From contig CAZCMQ010000001.1 in assembly GCA_964500025.1 (NCBI GenBank), positions 1 to 55,290 on the forward strand: a DNA stretch of 55,290 nt. The letters are read 5' to 3'. The notes below the pieces were generated by a model. The model was not told the origin of the DNA, did not search any database, and worked only from the letters and a program-made list of their open reading frames with translations. The DNA comes from an uncultured Candidatus Saccharibacteria bacterium. Lineage in GTDB: Bacteria > Patescibacteriota > Dojkabacteria > SC72. Positions 31,085 through 40,600 of this stretch are shown here, piece by piece (the first letter of the stretch is position 1; the number at the start of each line of letters is the position of its first letter). The translations under genes were made by a program, and so were the position numbers.

Positions 31085-31586
31085 AACTTTTTTAATTGCC
31101 GATACTCACTTCGGGCATAAGAACATTCTTGACTATTGTCAAAGACCTTATGAATCCTTAGAGGAAATGCACAAGGCTCTTGTCTTCAACTGGAATGCTA
31201 CTGTAAAACCAAAAGATAAGGTATACTGTCTTGGGGATATGGCGATCGCCAGATATGGTATCAAGTTTTTTGGGGAATGTAACGGAAGAAAGATCCTAAT
31301 TAAAGGTAATCATGATATTTTTAAATTAAAAGACTATCTTCCTTATTTTGATGATATCCGTGCTTATCATGTGTTAGACAGATTTTTTCTGTCGCATGTA
31401 CCAATCCATCCTAAATCCCTTCAAAGGTGGAAAGCTAATATTCATGGACATCTGCACAATAATGTAGTAATGGACGGAGATAAACCAGATCCTAGATACT
31501 TCTGTGTCAGTGTAGAGAGAATTGGATTTACTCCACTTGACTTTGAGCATATCAGGAAACATTACAAGGAAATTCACAGTGAATAA
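31080..31586 (+). CDS. Calcineurin-like metallophosphoesterase; proposed non-canonical ATT start (or frameshift from the upstream ORF)
   Basis: The conserved N-terminal motif FLIADTHFGH (31089-31118) lies upstream of the first ATG (31167). The frame is open only from 31071. GGAGG at 31070-74 sits 5 nt before ATT 31080. Confidence 0.7.
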   Translation: MRTFLIADTHFGHKNILDYCQRPYESLEEMHKALVFNWNATVKPKDKVYCLGDMAIARYGIKFFGECNGRKILIKGNHDIFKLKDYLPYFDDIRAYHVLDRFFLSHVPIHPKSLQRWKANIHGHLHNNVVMDGDKPDPRYFCVSVERIGFTPLDFEHIRKHYKEIHSE

Positions 31587-31971
31587 TAGATTACACAATG
31601 TAACAAATCCATATCAAGGGACCTATAAGAAAGTTCTAACAGTTTGTTCAGCAGGACTTCTCCGCTCACCTACTTTAGCATGGATGCTCTCACAACCTCC
31701 ATATGAATATAACACTAGGGCTTGTGGAGTAACTCAGGAATATGCTCTAGTTCCGTTAGATGAGGCTCTGATTCATTGGGCGGATGAGATTGTGTTTGTA
31801 CATCCCGACAACCATGAAGAGGCCGTTGATAAGTTTCCACAGCTTCTAAAGAAGAATGTATTCGTACTTAATCTACCGGATAAGTATCCTTATCGAGACG
31901 AAGAATTGATTAAACTAGCAAGGAAGCAATATGATGACACTACCTCTGTATGTAAACTCCTTCGAAAATGA
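31579..31971 (+). CDS. Cys-based phosphatase (CX5R P-loop; LMW-PTP/ArsC-like)
   Basis: VLTVCSAGLLRSPT matches C-X5-R-S/T; GTG 31579 after AAGGA; 8-nt overlap with the upstream gene. Confidence 0.6.
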   Translation: MNNRLHNVTNPYQGTYKKVLTVCSAGLLRSPTLAWMLSQPPYEYNTRACGVTQEYALVPLDEALIHWADEIVFVHPDNHEEAVDKFPQLLKKNVFVLNLPDKYPYRDEELIKLARKQYDDTTSVCKLLRK

Positions 31972-32028
31972 GTTTATCTGTACAGGTGAAGAAATCAAAC
32001 CAAGGAAGATCGGCTTTGTTTAAACTAC

Positions 32029-32799
32029 TTGTCAGAGAAATTAATGACACTATTAATTGATGCTGATGTTGTGGCTTTTCGGTGTGCTGCTTCCGCAGAG
32101 CCCACAAAAATAAAGCCCTATCGAGAACCAATAGAGATGGCTATTCGTAGGGCAGAAGAATTAATGTATCGTATCTTTGCAGACATGAATACAGATAACT
32201 ACAAAGGATTCTTAACCGGGAAGGGAAACTTTAGAAAAGTTATTGATCCTTCTTATAAAGCCAATAGAACCAAACCAGAACCAGCTTATCTTCAAGATCT
32301 TCGACAATACATGATCCTTGATTGGAAGATGGAAGTAGTTGATGGCATTGAAGCTGATGATGCAATCGGAATGGCTTCAACAGAAGATACTATTATTTGC
32401 AGTAATGATAAAGATCTCCGGCAAATTCCAGGAGGATTTTATAACTTTACGGTAAATAAATTTGAAGTAATTGATGAGATCACTGCAGCCCAAGTTCCTT
32501 ATAGTTTAATGTTAATTGGAGACTCTACTGATAATATTTCTGGAGTCGATCGCATTGGAAAGAAAACTGCAGCTAAAATAATTCAAGAATATGGAGATGA
32601 TATTGACGGACTTAAGAAAAGAGTTCAAGAGTTGTATAACGACGATGAAAGATTCTATCGTAATTTACTTCTCGTTAAAGTTCTTCGTAGTGAAGCAGAA
32701 CTTAAAACAATTAATGACTTGGTTAAAACTCTAAATGAAGACTTCGAGCGCGAAGTCGAAAAACAATTTGAGACCATTGAACAAGTATCGTCACTCTAA
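32029..32799 (+). CDS. 5'-3' exonuclease / flap endonuclease (PIN + H3TH)
   Basis: LLIDADVVAFR, GIEADDAIG, SNDKDLRQI, IGDSTDNISGVDRIGKKTAAKII. Confidence 0.85.
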   Translation: MSEKLMTLLIDADVVAFRCAASAEPTKIKPYREPIEMAIRRAEELMYRIFADMNTDNYKGFLTGKGNFRKVIDPSYKANRTKPEPAYLQDLRQYMILDWKMEVVDGIEADDAIGMASTEDTIICSNDKDLRQIPGGFYNFTVNKFEVIDEITAAQVPYSLMLIGDSTDNISGVDRIGKKTAAKIIQEYGDDIDGLKKRVQELYNDDERFYRNLLLVKVLRSEAELKTINDLVKTLNEDFEREVEKQFETIEQVSSL

Positions 32800-33316
32800 A
32801 ACTCCACAAGAATATCTTTCTCAAAGAAGTAAACAAATGGAAAATGGTTGTGTTCATTTTACAGGGGGCTTAGATAGGGGTGGATATGGACAAGTTCATG
32901 GCTCTAATGCTGCTAAGAAATTGAAAGTCACTAGAGCACACCAAATGGCATATGCGATGACTTATGGTGAATATTCAAAAGACTTTATAATCTGTCATAA
33001 ATGTGATAATCCTACTTGTATCAATCCGAACCATTTGTTTTTAGGAACTTGGAATGATAATATACAAGACATGATGAAAAAAGGAAGATATAAAAATGAA
33101 TTGCATCCAAAAGTAGATTATGAAGAAATCTACCAATATAAAAACAAAGAAACTTGCTTTGATGTCGCAAAACGATTTGGAATCTCTTTCTCTAGGGTCT
33201 GTCAAATCTGGAGAAAAGAAGTCGATTTCAGTCGCAAGCCGAAAAAACAAGGCCAGAAATCTTCAGAAACTAGTGAGAGACAAGATACTCCAGAAGTATC
33301 CGGAGTTGACTCCTGA
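32735..33316 (+). CDS. HNH homing endonuclease (HNH_3 type) with C-terminal HTH
   Basis: GGYGQV...AHQMAY...ICHKCDNPTCINPNHLFLGTWNDN; FDVAKRFGISFSRVCQIW. Confidence 0.75.
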   Translation: MKTSSAKSKNNLRPLNKYRHSKTPQEYLSQRSKQMENGCVHFTGGLDRGGYGQVHGSNAAKKLKVTRAHQMAYAMTYGEYSKDFIICHKCDNPTCINPNHLFLGTWNDNIQDMMKKGRYKNELHPKVDYEEIYQYKNKETCFDVAKRFGISFSRVCQIWRKEVDFSRKPKKQGQKSSETSERQDTPEVSGVDS

Positions 33317-33566
33317 TGATGTCAGATCAACGGGAATGGGCCAACAAGGAACAGACATTCAGCTCAGTAACTTGGGTTGGAAACGGTTCCCGTTTGGAGT
33401 CGAATGTAAGAATATCGCTAGGTTTGTGGGATACACTTTCTACGACCAATCTAAACAAAATACACAAGGCGGTGATCGAATTCCAATTGTCGTTATCAAA
33501 GCAAATCGACGAGATCCTGTCGTCTTGATTGGATTGGATGACTTTTTCAAAGTTATAAAGGATTAA
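33120..33566 (+). CDS. PD-(D/E)xK nuclease, Holliday-junction-resolvase-like (true start probably internal, e.g. 33162)
   Basis: GTDIQL...FGVECKN (D...E-x-K); overlaps the HNH gene 3' end by up to 197 nt. Confidence 0.55.
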   Translation: MKKSTNIKTKKLALMSQNDLESLSLGSVKSGEKKSISVASRKNKARNLQKLVRDKILQKYPELTPDDVRSTGMGQQGTDIQLSNLGWKRFPFGVECKNIARFVGYTFYDQSKQNTQGGDRIPIVVIKANRRDPVVLIGLDDFFKVIKD

Positions 33567-33758
33567 ATGGAAATCACAAAATATTTAGAAACAGAGGATG
33601 GAGGATGTGTTTTTAAGGCAACCCTCACTCAACCTCAATTAAAAGCTTTAGTAGAGTATGCTCTAACTGATATGATTATCAAGGGACTGGTTCCCTTCAC
33701 ATCAGAAGAAGATGTAGATCCTGTTTTAGTGGTAACACAAGACCACAAACCACAATGA
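33567..33758 (+). CDS. Hypothetical protein
   Basis: 63-aa packed ORF. Confidence 0.5.
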   Translation: MEITKYLETEDGGCVFKATLTQPQLKALVEYALTDMIIKGLVPFTSEEDVDPVLVVTQDHKPQ

Positions 33759-34495
33759 GAGTTCTACTTTTAGATATTGAGACCTCTCCATACACAGCAT
33801 ATATCTGGCAACTGAATCAACGTTGGATTAATCCAGACAATATTATTGACAGTGCCCGGATCTTATGTTGGTCTGCCAAGTGGTTAGGAGAAGATGAAGT
33901 CTTCTTTGATTCAGAGCGTAATAATCTACCTGAACATTATCTTTCAAACATCCATAAACTGATGTGCGAAGCTGATGCTGTTGTTCACTATAATGGAACA
34001 AAGTTTGACATTCCTATTCTTAATAGAGAGTTTCTATTATGGGGAATGAAACCACCTGCTCCATCGAAACAGGTAGACTTGTTTAAGGTAGTCAAACAAA
34101 GATTTAAGTTTCCTTCTTCTTCTTTGAATTACATTTCAAAAGCATTGAAGATTGGAAAAAAGACCCCACATAAAGGATTCTCTCTTTGGACAGATTGTAT
34201 GAAGGGAGATGACACGGCATGGAAACACATGGAGGAATACAATAAAAATGATGTCATACTACTGGAACAAGTTTATTATAAACTTCTTCCTTGGATTAGA
34301 GTTCACCCTAACCGGAGTCTTGAAAGTTCTGTTCTTTCTTGCCCAAACTGTGGATCTGAGTCTTTCCAGCGTAGAGGATTTCATCGAACAGCGACTTGCA
34401 CTTATCAACGCTATCGATGCAGTAACTGTGGCAATTGGTTCCGTGGAGGAAAGTCACAAGCACCAACTCCAGAAAACCGAGGCGTAAATGTTTAG
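33755..34495 (+). CDS. DnaQ/PolB-exo-like 3'-5' exonuclease with C-terminal zinc ribbon
   Basis: VLLLDIETSP (Exo I), VVHYNGTKFDIPIL (Exo II), NKNDV; CPNCGS...CSNCGN. Confidence 0.7.
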   Translation: MRVLLLDIETSPYTAYIWQLNQRWINPDNIIDSARILCWSAKWLGEDEVFFDSERNNLPEHYLSNIHKLMCEADAVVHYNGTKFDIPILNREFLLWGMKPPAPSKQVDLFKVVKQRFKFPSSSLNYISKALKIGKKTPHKGFSLWTDCMKGDDTAWKHMEEYNKNDVILLEQVYYKLLPWIRVHPNRSLESSVLSCPNCGSESFQRRGFHRTATCTYQRYRCSNCGNWFRGGKSQAPTPENRGVNV

Positions 34496-34847
34496 TCCAG
34501 CAAAAAACAGAAAACAAAAGAACAATAAATGGGAGGATCCCCTTGATCCTTCCTCTTGGACAATATGGCCGGGAGGATCTTATGCTCCTAATGTAGGAAC
34601 TAAAGAACCACAAGGGCCAGTTAATAGTATTCAACATGGGGGAGATCATTATAAGAAATATGGTGATTTACAACCATGGGATGTTGTGGTAAAATGGAAT
34701 CTTGGTTATCTTGATGGAACGGCTCTAAAATATATTGCCAGATGGCGAGACAAGGGTGGTATTGAGGATCTCCGAAAGGCTATCCACTTCTTAGAAAAAT
34801 TAATTGAGGTAGAATATGACCCCGCTCGCAATACCACTAGTCGATAA
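34488..34847 (+). CDS. DUF3310-like protein (from memory)
   Basis: HYKKYGDLQPWDV...GTALKYIARWRDKGGIEDLRKAIHFLEKLIE. Confidence 0.65.
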   Translation: MFSPAKNRKQKNNKWEDPLDPSSWTIWPGGSYAPNVGTKEPQGPVNSIQHGGDHYKKYGDLQPWDVVVKWNLGYLDGTALKYIARWRDKGGIEDLRKAIHFLEKLIEVEYDPARNTTSR

Positions 34848-35241
34848 GATTTTAGATGCGATAGGAAACTTTTTCCCCTCAGAAAAAGAAAAAGCAGCGG
34901 CTAAGTTAGCGCTGCTTCAATTAGAATTTGATAGAGAAAAGCTTTTTGTAGAAAGCGAAACAGAACTCCTAAAAGGACAGATTGATGTTAACAAAGTTGA
35001 AGCTGCCAGCGATAGCAGATTTACGTCGAATTGGCGGCCATTTGTCGGCTGGACATGTGCTAGCTCTTTACTTTATTCTGCTGTTGTTGAGCCAGTTGCA
35101 CGGTTCGTGGCGATGGTGGTCTACGGTTATTCCGGAACTTTCCCGGTAATAGATTCAACGATTACACTACAGATTTTAATGGGTCTTCTAGGTCTGGCTG
35201 GTATGAGAAGCTTTGACAAAGTTAAAGGAACAGTACGATGA
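34816..35241 (+). CDS. Holin (3-TM, GTA-type holin family, from memory)
   Basis: N-terminal amphipathic region, VNKVEAASDSRFTSNWRPFVGW followed by hydrophobic segments. Confidence 0.65.
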   Translation: MTPLAIPLVDKILDAIGNFFPSEKEKAAAKLALLQLEFDREKLFVESETELLKGQIDVNKVEAASDSRFTSNWRPFVGWTCASSLLYSAVVEPVARFVAMVVYGYSGTFPVIDSTITLQILMGLLGLAGMRSFDKVKGTVR

Positions 35242-35432
35242 TGACACTAGAAGAAATCAAAGAAAAGCTTCGAGAAGAAGATATTATTGATTTAATTGAA
35301 ACTCTACAGATCACCACGGATCACATTGTAGAGAGATTTGAGGATTTTATTGAAGAGCAAGCAGATGATCTTGAAAAAGAATATGAAGAAGAAGAAAGAC
35401 TACTCTTCGGAGACGGAGAAGACCTCATTTAA
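35238..35432 (+). CDS. Small highly acidic protein
   Basis: ATGA overlap; E/D-rich. Confidence 0.5.
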   Translation: MMTLEEIKEKLREEDIIDLIETLQITTDHIVERFEDFIEEQADDLEKEYEEEERLLFGDGEDLI

Positions 35433-35503
35433 AGGTCATAAAACAATCAAACACTACAAAGAAAAAATCAAGCAAGAGCTGGCAGACGAGGAGATTAAGG
35501 AGA

Positions 35504-37234
35504 TTGGAGAAAGAAAGATTTAAAAATAGTTTTGCAGCAAACGTATTTCGATTCAAATATAGTCAAGGACCAAGTGATACTTGGGATGCTCTTGCTGATC
35601 GATTGGTAGAAGATGTTTGTGGCACTCGATGGGGAACTCAGCCAAAGTTAATGTCAGATGATGAACGAAAACAGTTGGCTGAATATATAAAAGAAATGAA
35701 ATTCATACCAGGAGGAAGGTATCTCTATTATGCTGGACGACAGTTTAAAGCTTACAACAACTGCTATCTCCTCAGAGGAGAAGAAGACACAAGAGAAGAA
35801 TGGGCCAGTCTCTTTCATCGAGCTTCTTCCTGTCTTCTCACTGGGGGAGGAATTGGAATCGATTACTCAGTATTCCGTCCATCTGGCCGAGCGCTACAGA
35901 GAACTGGTGGAAAAGCATCTGGCCCCCTACCGCTCATGTTCGCGATCAACGAAATCGGCCGCAACGTTATGCAGGGAGGTTCAAGGAGATCTGCAATCTA
36001 TGCTAGCCTTGATTACAGACATGAAGACATTCCTCTTTTTCTGCGAGCAAAAAATTGGAGAGATCAGGAAGCAGGCAACTCCGGACTAACTTTAGCAGAT
36101 CTGAAGGAACAAAACTTTAATTTTCCTGCTCCTCTAGATATGACCAATATTTCTGTTAATTATGATGACAGTCTTTGTGGTCAGTACTTCTGGAAAGAAG
36201 TTGGAATTGCTGGTGGTAAACAGTACACTAAACTTCCTGTTTCTGAAAACTTGATGAACAGTTCTGTTTATTTGGAAAACGTCAAGCAAGCGATGATGAC
36301 AGGAGAACCTGGTTTCTCTTTTAACTTTAATGGGAAAGAGCGTGAAACACTTAGAAATGCTTGCACAGAGGTTACGAGCGAAGATGATTCTGACGTATGT
36401 AATCTTGGCTCAATCAATCTTGGGAATATTGGATCTTTGGACGAATTCAAATCCATTGTATCCCTCTCTTCTAAATTCCTTGTCTGTGGAACCTTGCGTG
36501 CGGATCTCCCTTATAGCAAAGTCTATAAGATTCGGGAACAAAATAGGCGACTCGGTCTTGGACTCATGGGAATCCACGAATGGCTCTTACAGAGAGGTTA
36601 TGCGTATGAGGTTACTTCAGAACTCCATGAGTGGTTGAAAGTATATAAAGATGAATCAGAGCGATCTGCTAAAGAACATTGCGATAGATTCTATTTGTCT
36701 CACCCTAAAGCGTATCGAGCGATTGCCCCAACAGGAACAATTGGTATTCTGGCGGCAACTACAACTGGCATCGAGCCTTTGTTTGCGGTTGCCTACAAAC
36801 GCAGGTTCCTCACTGAAGGAACTAAATGGAAGTATCAGTTTGTTATTGACAGTACTGCAGAACGACTCATCAATGACTACGAACTCAAACCAGAAAACAT
36901 TGACACCGCCTATAAGTTAAGTCATGATCCAGAACGAAGAATCAAGTTCCAAGCGGACATTCAAGATTACGTTGACATGTCAATTTCAAGTACCATCAAT
37001 CTCCCTTCTTGGGGTTCGAACGGAAATAGCGAGAAAGATGTACCTGATTTCGCAAGAATTCTTGCAAAGTATGCAAGCCGTTTGCGAGGATTCACTTGTT
37101 ACCCTGACGGAAGTAGAGGAGGACAGCCCATTACAGAAGTGAGTTATGAAGAAGCGCATGCTAATAAGAATGTGATTTTTGAGGAAAATGATGTCTGTGA
37201 CATAACCGGTAAGGGAGGAAGTTGCGGAGTATAA
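35504..37234 (+). CDS. nrdJ: Ribonucleotide reductase, class II-like (no small subunit gene in the genome)
   Basis: NCYLL, CNLGSINL, SSTINLP, FTCYPDGSRGGQP, C-terminal CDITGKGGSCGV; no NrdB/NrdF-like ORF anywhere; TTG start. Confidence 0.85.
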   Translation: MEKERFKNSFAANVFRFKYSQGPSDTWDALADRLVEDVCGTRWGTQPKLMSDDERKQLAEYIKEMKFIPGGRYLYYAGRQFKAYNNCYLLRGEEDTREEWASLFHRASSCLLTGGGIGIDYSVFRPSGRALQRTGGKASGPLPLMFAINEIGRNVMQGGSRRSAIYASLDYRHEDIPLFLRAKNWRDQEAGNSGLTLADLKEQNFNFPAPLDMTNISVNYDDSLCGQYFWKEVGIAGGKQYTKLPVSENLMNSSVYLENVKQAMMTGEPGFSFNFNGKERETLRNACTEVTSEDDSDVCNLGSINLGNIGSLDEFKSIVSLSSKFLVCGTLRADLPYSKVYKIREQNRRLGLGLMGIHEWLLQRGYAYEVTSELHEWLKVYKDESERSAKEHCDRFYLSHPKAYRAIAPTGTIGILAATTTGIEPLFAVAYKRRFLTEGTKWKYQFVIDSTAERLINDYELKPENIDTAYKLSHDPERRIKFQADIQDYVDMSISSTINLPSWGSNGNSEKDVPDFARILAKYASRLRGFTCYPDGSRGGQPITEVSYEEAHANKNVIFEENDVCDITGKGGSCGV

Positions 37235-37240
37235 AAGGAA

Positions 37241-37261
37241 AGGGGCCTTTCGGCCCCTTTT
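37241..37261. terminator. Bidirectional intrinsic terminator between the convergent arms
   Basis: aaaaggaAAGGGGCC-tttc-GGCCCCTTttct: A run upstream and T run downstream, between the nrdJ stop (37234) and the lysozyme stop (37262). Confidence 0.8.
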
Positions 37262-37678
37262 CTATTTTCCCGTTCTCATTTTCTCTGCTAACCTAGTTGC
37301 TCTTCCCTTTACTTGAGAAGCCCATTTAGATTGCAGCATTCCTTTAGATGCTGCTTCATAGTCTCCTCTTCGCACAGCATCAAGAGTATTCTTGAAAGTG
37401 GAGAGAACTGACCATCCCATATTGAAACACATATTAACAAGAACTTCCTGTCTGACAGGATCAAGAGATACATACCAAGGGAGATTAGTTCTTAACTCAT
37501 TCTCCGCTCTGGTGATGTCATGCTGAAGTAGATACTCAATCTCATCTGGAAAGAGTCCTACATCAGTTAGATTCCGCCCTACCCCGATTGTTGTTTTACC
37601 AACACTGTCGAGGTAGGGTTTTTTTCTTTCTCCTTCGTCAATTCGAAGTTGAGCGGCTAGTCTGTTTCTATCAATCAT
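37262..37678 (-). CDS. T4-type lysozyme (GH24 muramidase)
   Basis: RIDEGERKKPYLDSVGKTTIGVGRNL matches the T4 lysozyme catalytic E...D...T region. Confidence 0.9.
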   Translation of the reverse strand: MIDRNRLAAQLRIDEGERKKPYLDSVGKTTIGVGRNLTDVGLFPDEIEYLLQHDITRAENELRTNLPWYVSLDPVRQEVLVNMCFNMGWSVLSTFKNTLDAVRRGDYEAASKGMLQSKWASQVKGRATRLAEKMRTGK

Positions 37679-40600
37679 TTAGTCTCTGATGTTTAAGAAT
37701 ACTAGAAGTACTTCCTGTTATAAGAAGCATTTCTTCTTTGGTTAAGTGTTTTTTGAGTGATTCTCTTGGAAGAGATTTAAGTAATCGAAGAACACTGTTT
37801 GGATCACCTGTGATCTTTGCGTATTCCTCAAGTTGATTTGTGAGCTGTTCTCTGGTAAATTCCTGAGACACCATATCATTCTTGATTCGTCTGGCAAGAT
37901 CCTTAGCTCTTTCTGATCTCTTTTGTTCTTTTTGAATACTGTTCCACTTCTCTGTTTGCTTCTTACCTAAATCAAAGGTATTTAATCCTAATCCATATTT
38001 CTTAAGCATCTGATCTTTTTCAGTCAGGGCAGGTTCTTTTGGTTGTCCAAATTTATCTTTAATTCTTCCTTGAGAATCCATAGAAGTTTCGACATCCCAT
38101 AGTCCTTGAAGAGAAGAGGGAATTACACCACGAACTGCATTCTTAGCTGTCTGAGTTCCTGGATCTGAGGCGAAGTCCCATATATTTTTACCAATCTTAA
38201 ATGCCTCTCCTGCTGAAGGAAAAACAAAAGACCATGCATCTCTTTCTGTTGAAGGAATAATATTACCTCCTGAAAGAGACGGCTGCAGCCAAAGTCCAGT
38301 ATCTTTGGAGAGTGGTCCATATAAGAGATAATCCATGGCATCAGAATCAGCTTTAACTCCAGCCCATTCAGCATACTTCTCTTTGATATCATCTGTTAGA
38401 TTTCTACCCGTGATCCAATCATACAGTTCTGAAGCTAGATCATATCCGATAAATCCCTTTAGTCCAGCTAGTCCGAAGTTAGTTGCGAGTTGATATCCCA
38501 AAGCATTCATGTCCTTCTCTTTCCAATAATACTGGTAAAGATTAGTAGAGAAGTGACTGTAAGTTTTTAATTGTCCCATCTGTCTACCAAGAACACCTAA
38601 ATTTCCATAGACCATAGCTTTCTGGTTATTGTGATAATCTCCCATACTGGCCTGTGTTCTATTATAAGCAATCTCCATTGCTTGTTTGGGATTATATCCT
38701 TGGCCTACAATCTGATTAAAAAGAGCGAAGAACATCGTAGGACGAGTAGTAGCCTCAGCAAATCTTAGAGGAGCTGAAGAAAGTTTTCCAAGTTTACTTG
38801 AAGTTTTACCATAAGATTTAATATGCTCATATTCTGACCAAGAAATTAATCCACGATCTTTCGCATAAGTAAAAGCCTCTTTATAGATATCTGGAAGAGA
38901 TGTTAATCTACCTCCTGATTTATAATCAAGATAAGCTGCAGTAAAGATAGCGGATCCTGCAGCTAATTGTTTTCCAGCCTCCATTGGAGTGGTATCAATT
39001 CCAAGATCCTTGGCATTCTTCATTAGCATTGGAAGACCCGTCTGAAGTGGTTGGGTCATCTGAGCAAGCAGCATTCTCATACTTCCAGAAGCAAGTTTCA
39101 TTGTCTGGAAGGTATTGATCAAGAAATTGTTTACAGCCCTGACACTGTTGGGACCATATCCAAGGCCAAGATGTTTAGTGCCGTTAGCAATCGAATCTAG
39201 TACATTGTCAACAGCTCCACCAAGCTGACTGGTTCTACCGTCTAGATAATTTTTATAATCTTCTAGATACTGTTTAGTGTTGGGCTTGACATCAGGATTC
39301 CCAAGTAAAGATTTTAGTTCGGAGTTAGCCTGAATCATGTTATGATTAAGTGAACCTTCTTCAAAATAATTAACGATTGATTTGAAAAAATCATCATTAT
39401 TTTCATAAGCATTTTTCCAGAACTTATTGCCCTCGTTACCAAAGACTCCTTCTTTGTTTAGAGTGTGGACATCGAAATTAAATGCATCTTTACCTTCATC
39501 AATACCACGCTGTCTTAGTGCTTCTGAGATATCTTTGAGCCTTGGATCACCATCAATAATCTTTTGAATATCTTGAAGGGCTTTGACAAACTCTCCCGGT
39601 CTAGCTTGATTGATAGCTCTACGATTAGTATTAGTGATATGTACGTCACTATAGTATTTTTTAACTTGTTTCTTCGCGGCTTCTACTTCAGCTAAAGACT
39701 TACCAGTTAATACACCAACAATCTTTCCATCACGAGTTACGACAGCCGTATAATCTCCTTTAAAGTTATTGGGGCTGTACCCATAACGATAATCAACTGC
39801 GTCTAATCCAGCAGCAGCTCTATTAGCATTCCATTCTTTATAGAATTTATCTAATACGGATCTGTACTGTTCATAGAAAGAGATAACTTTTTCAGAATAA
39901 CCGGCCGCTCTGAGATCTTCGGCTCTCAGTACTTCTTCATTTCTATCTGCCCATTGAGCCATAGTTCTGGCATTTGTTCTTTCTTCATCTGTCATATCAG
40001 CCCAAGACTTTGCGATAGGCTCGACATCATCTCTCATGAATTTAGCTGCTTTGTTAGTAGCTTCTGAAATCACATGATTGACTCTCCGAATTACTGGATT
40101 ATTAAATACCATTCCCTTCATTCGGATACCCGCACCAAGGGCATTGTTACCTTTCCAGAAATTCTTCTTGGGAAGATCATCAGAAGTCTTTCCCTGAAGT
40201 ACAGCATCTTCTACTGTACTGGGAGCAACATCCTTACCGATCTTTTCTCCAGTAACATCTTTCCAAATGGTATCTTCTCTGGACTCTTTAGTAGATTTAG
40301 GAGGACCAACATCATCAACAATACCTAACTCATCTCTCACTTTTTGAATAGCTGAGAGACGATTAGGAGGTCTATCTTTTAGGTCTTGTCTTTCTCTACC
40401 TGGTTTAAACTGTAGAGCAGTGTTCTCTGTATTTAGAAATGGAATGTTTGATGGCTCTGGCTGCTCTGTTTTCAGACGCATACCAAGCTGAGTCATTGGC
40501 CGAGAGGGAGGCGCAGATTCTTTTGGAGTATCTCCAACTTCAGTGATCTTGTTTCCAAAATGAATTGTTTTCGAATCCCCCCAACTCTCAACAGGAATCA

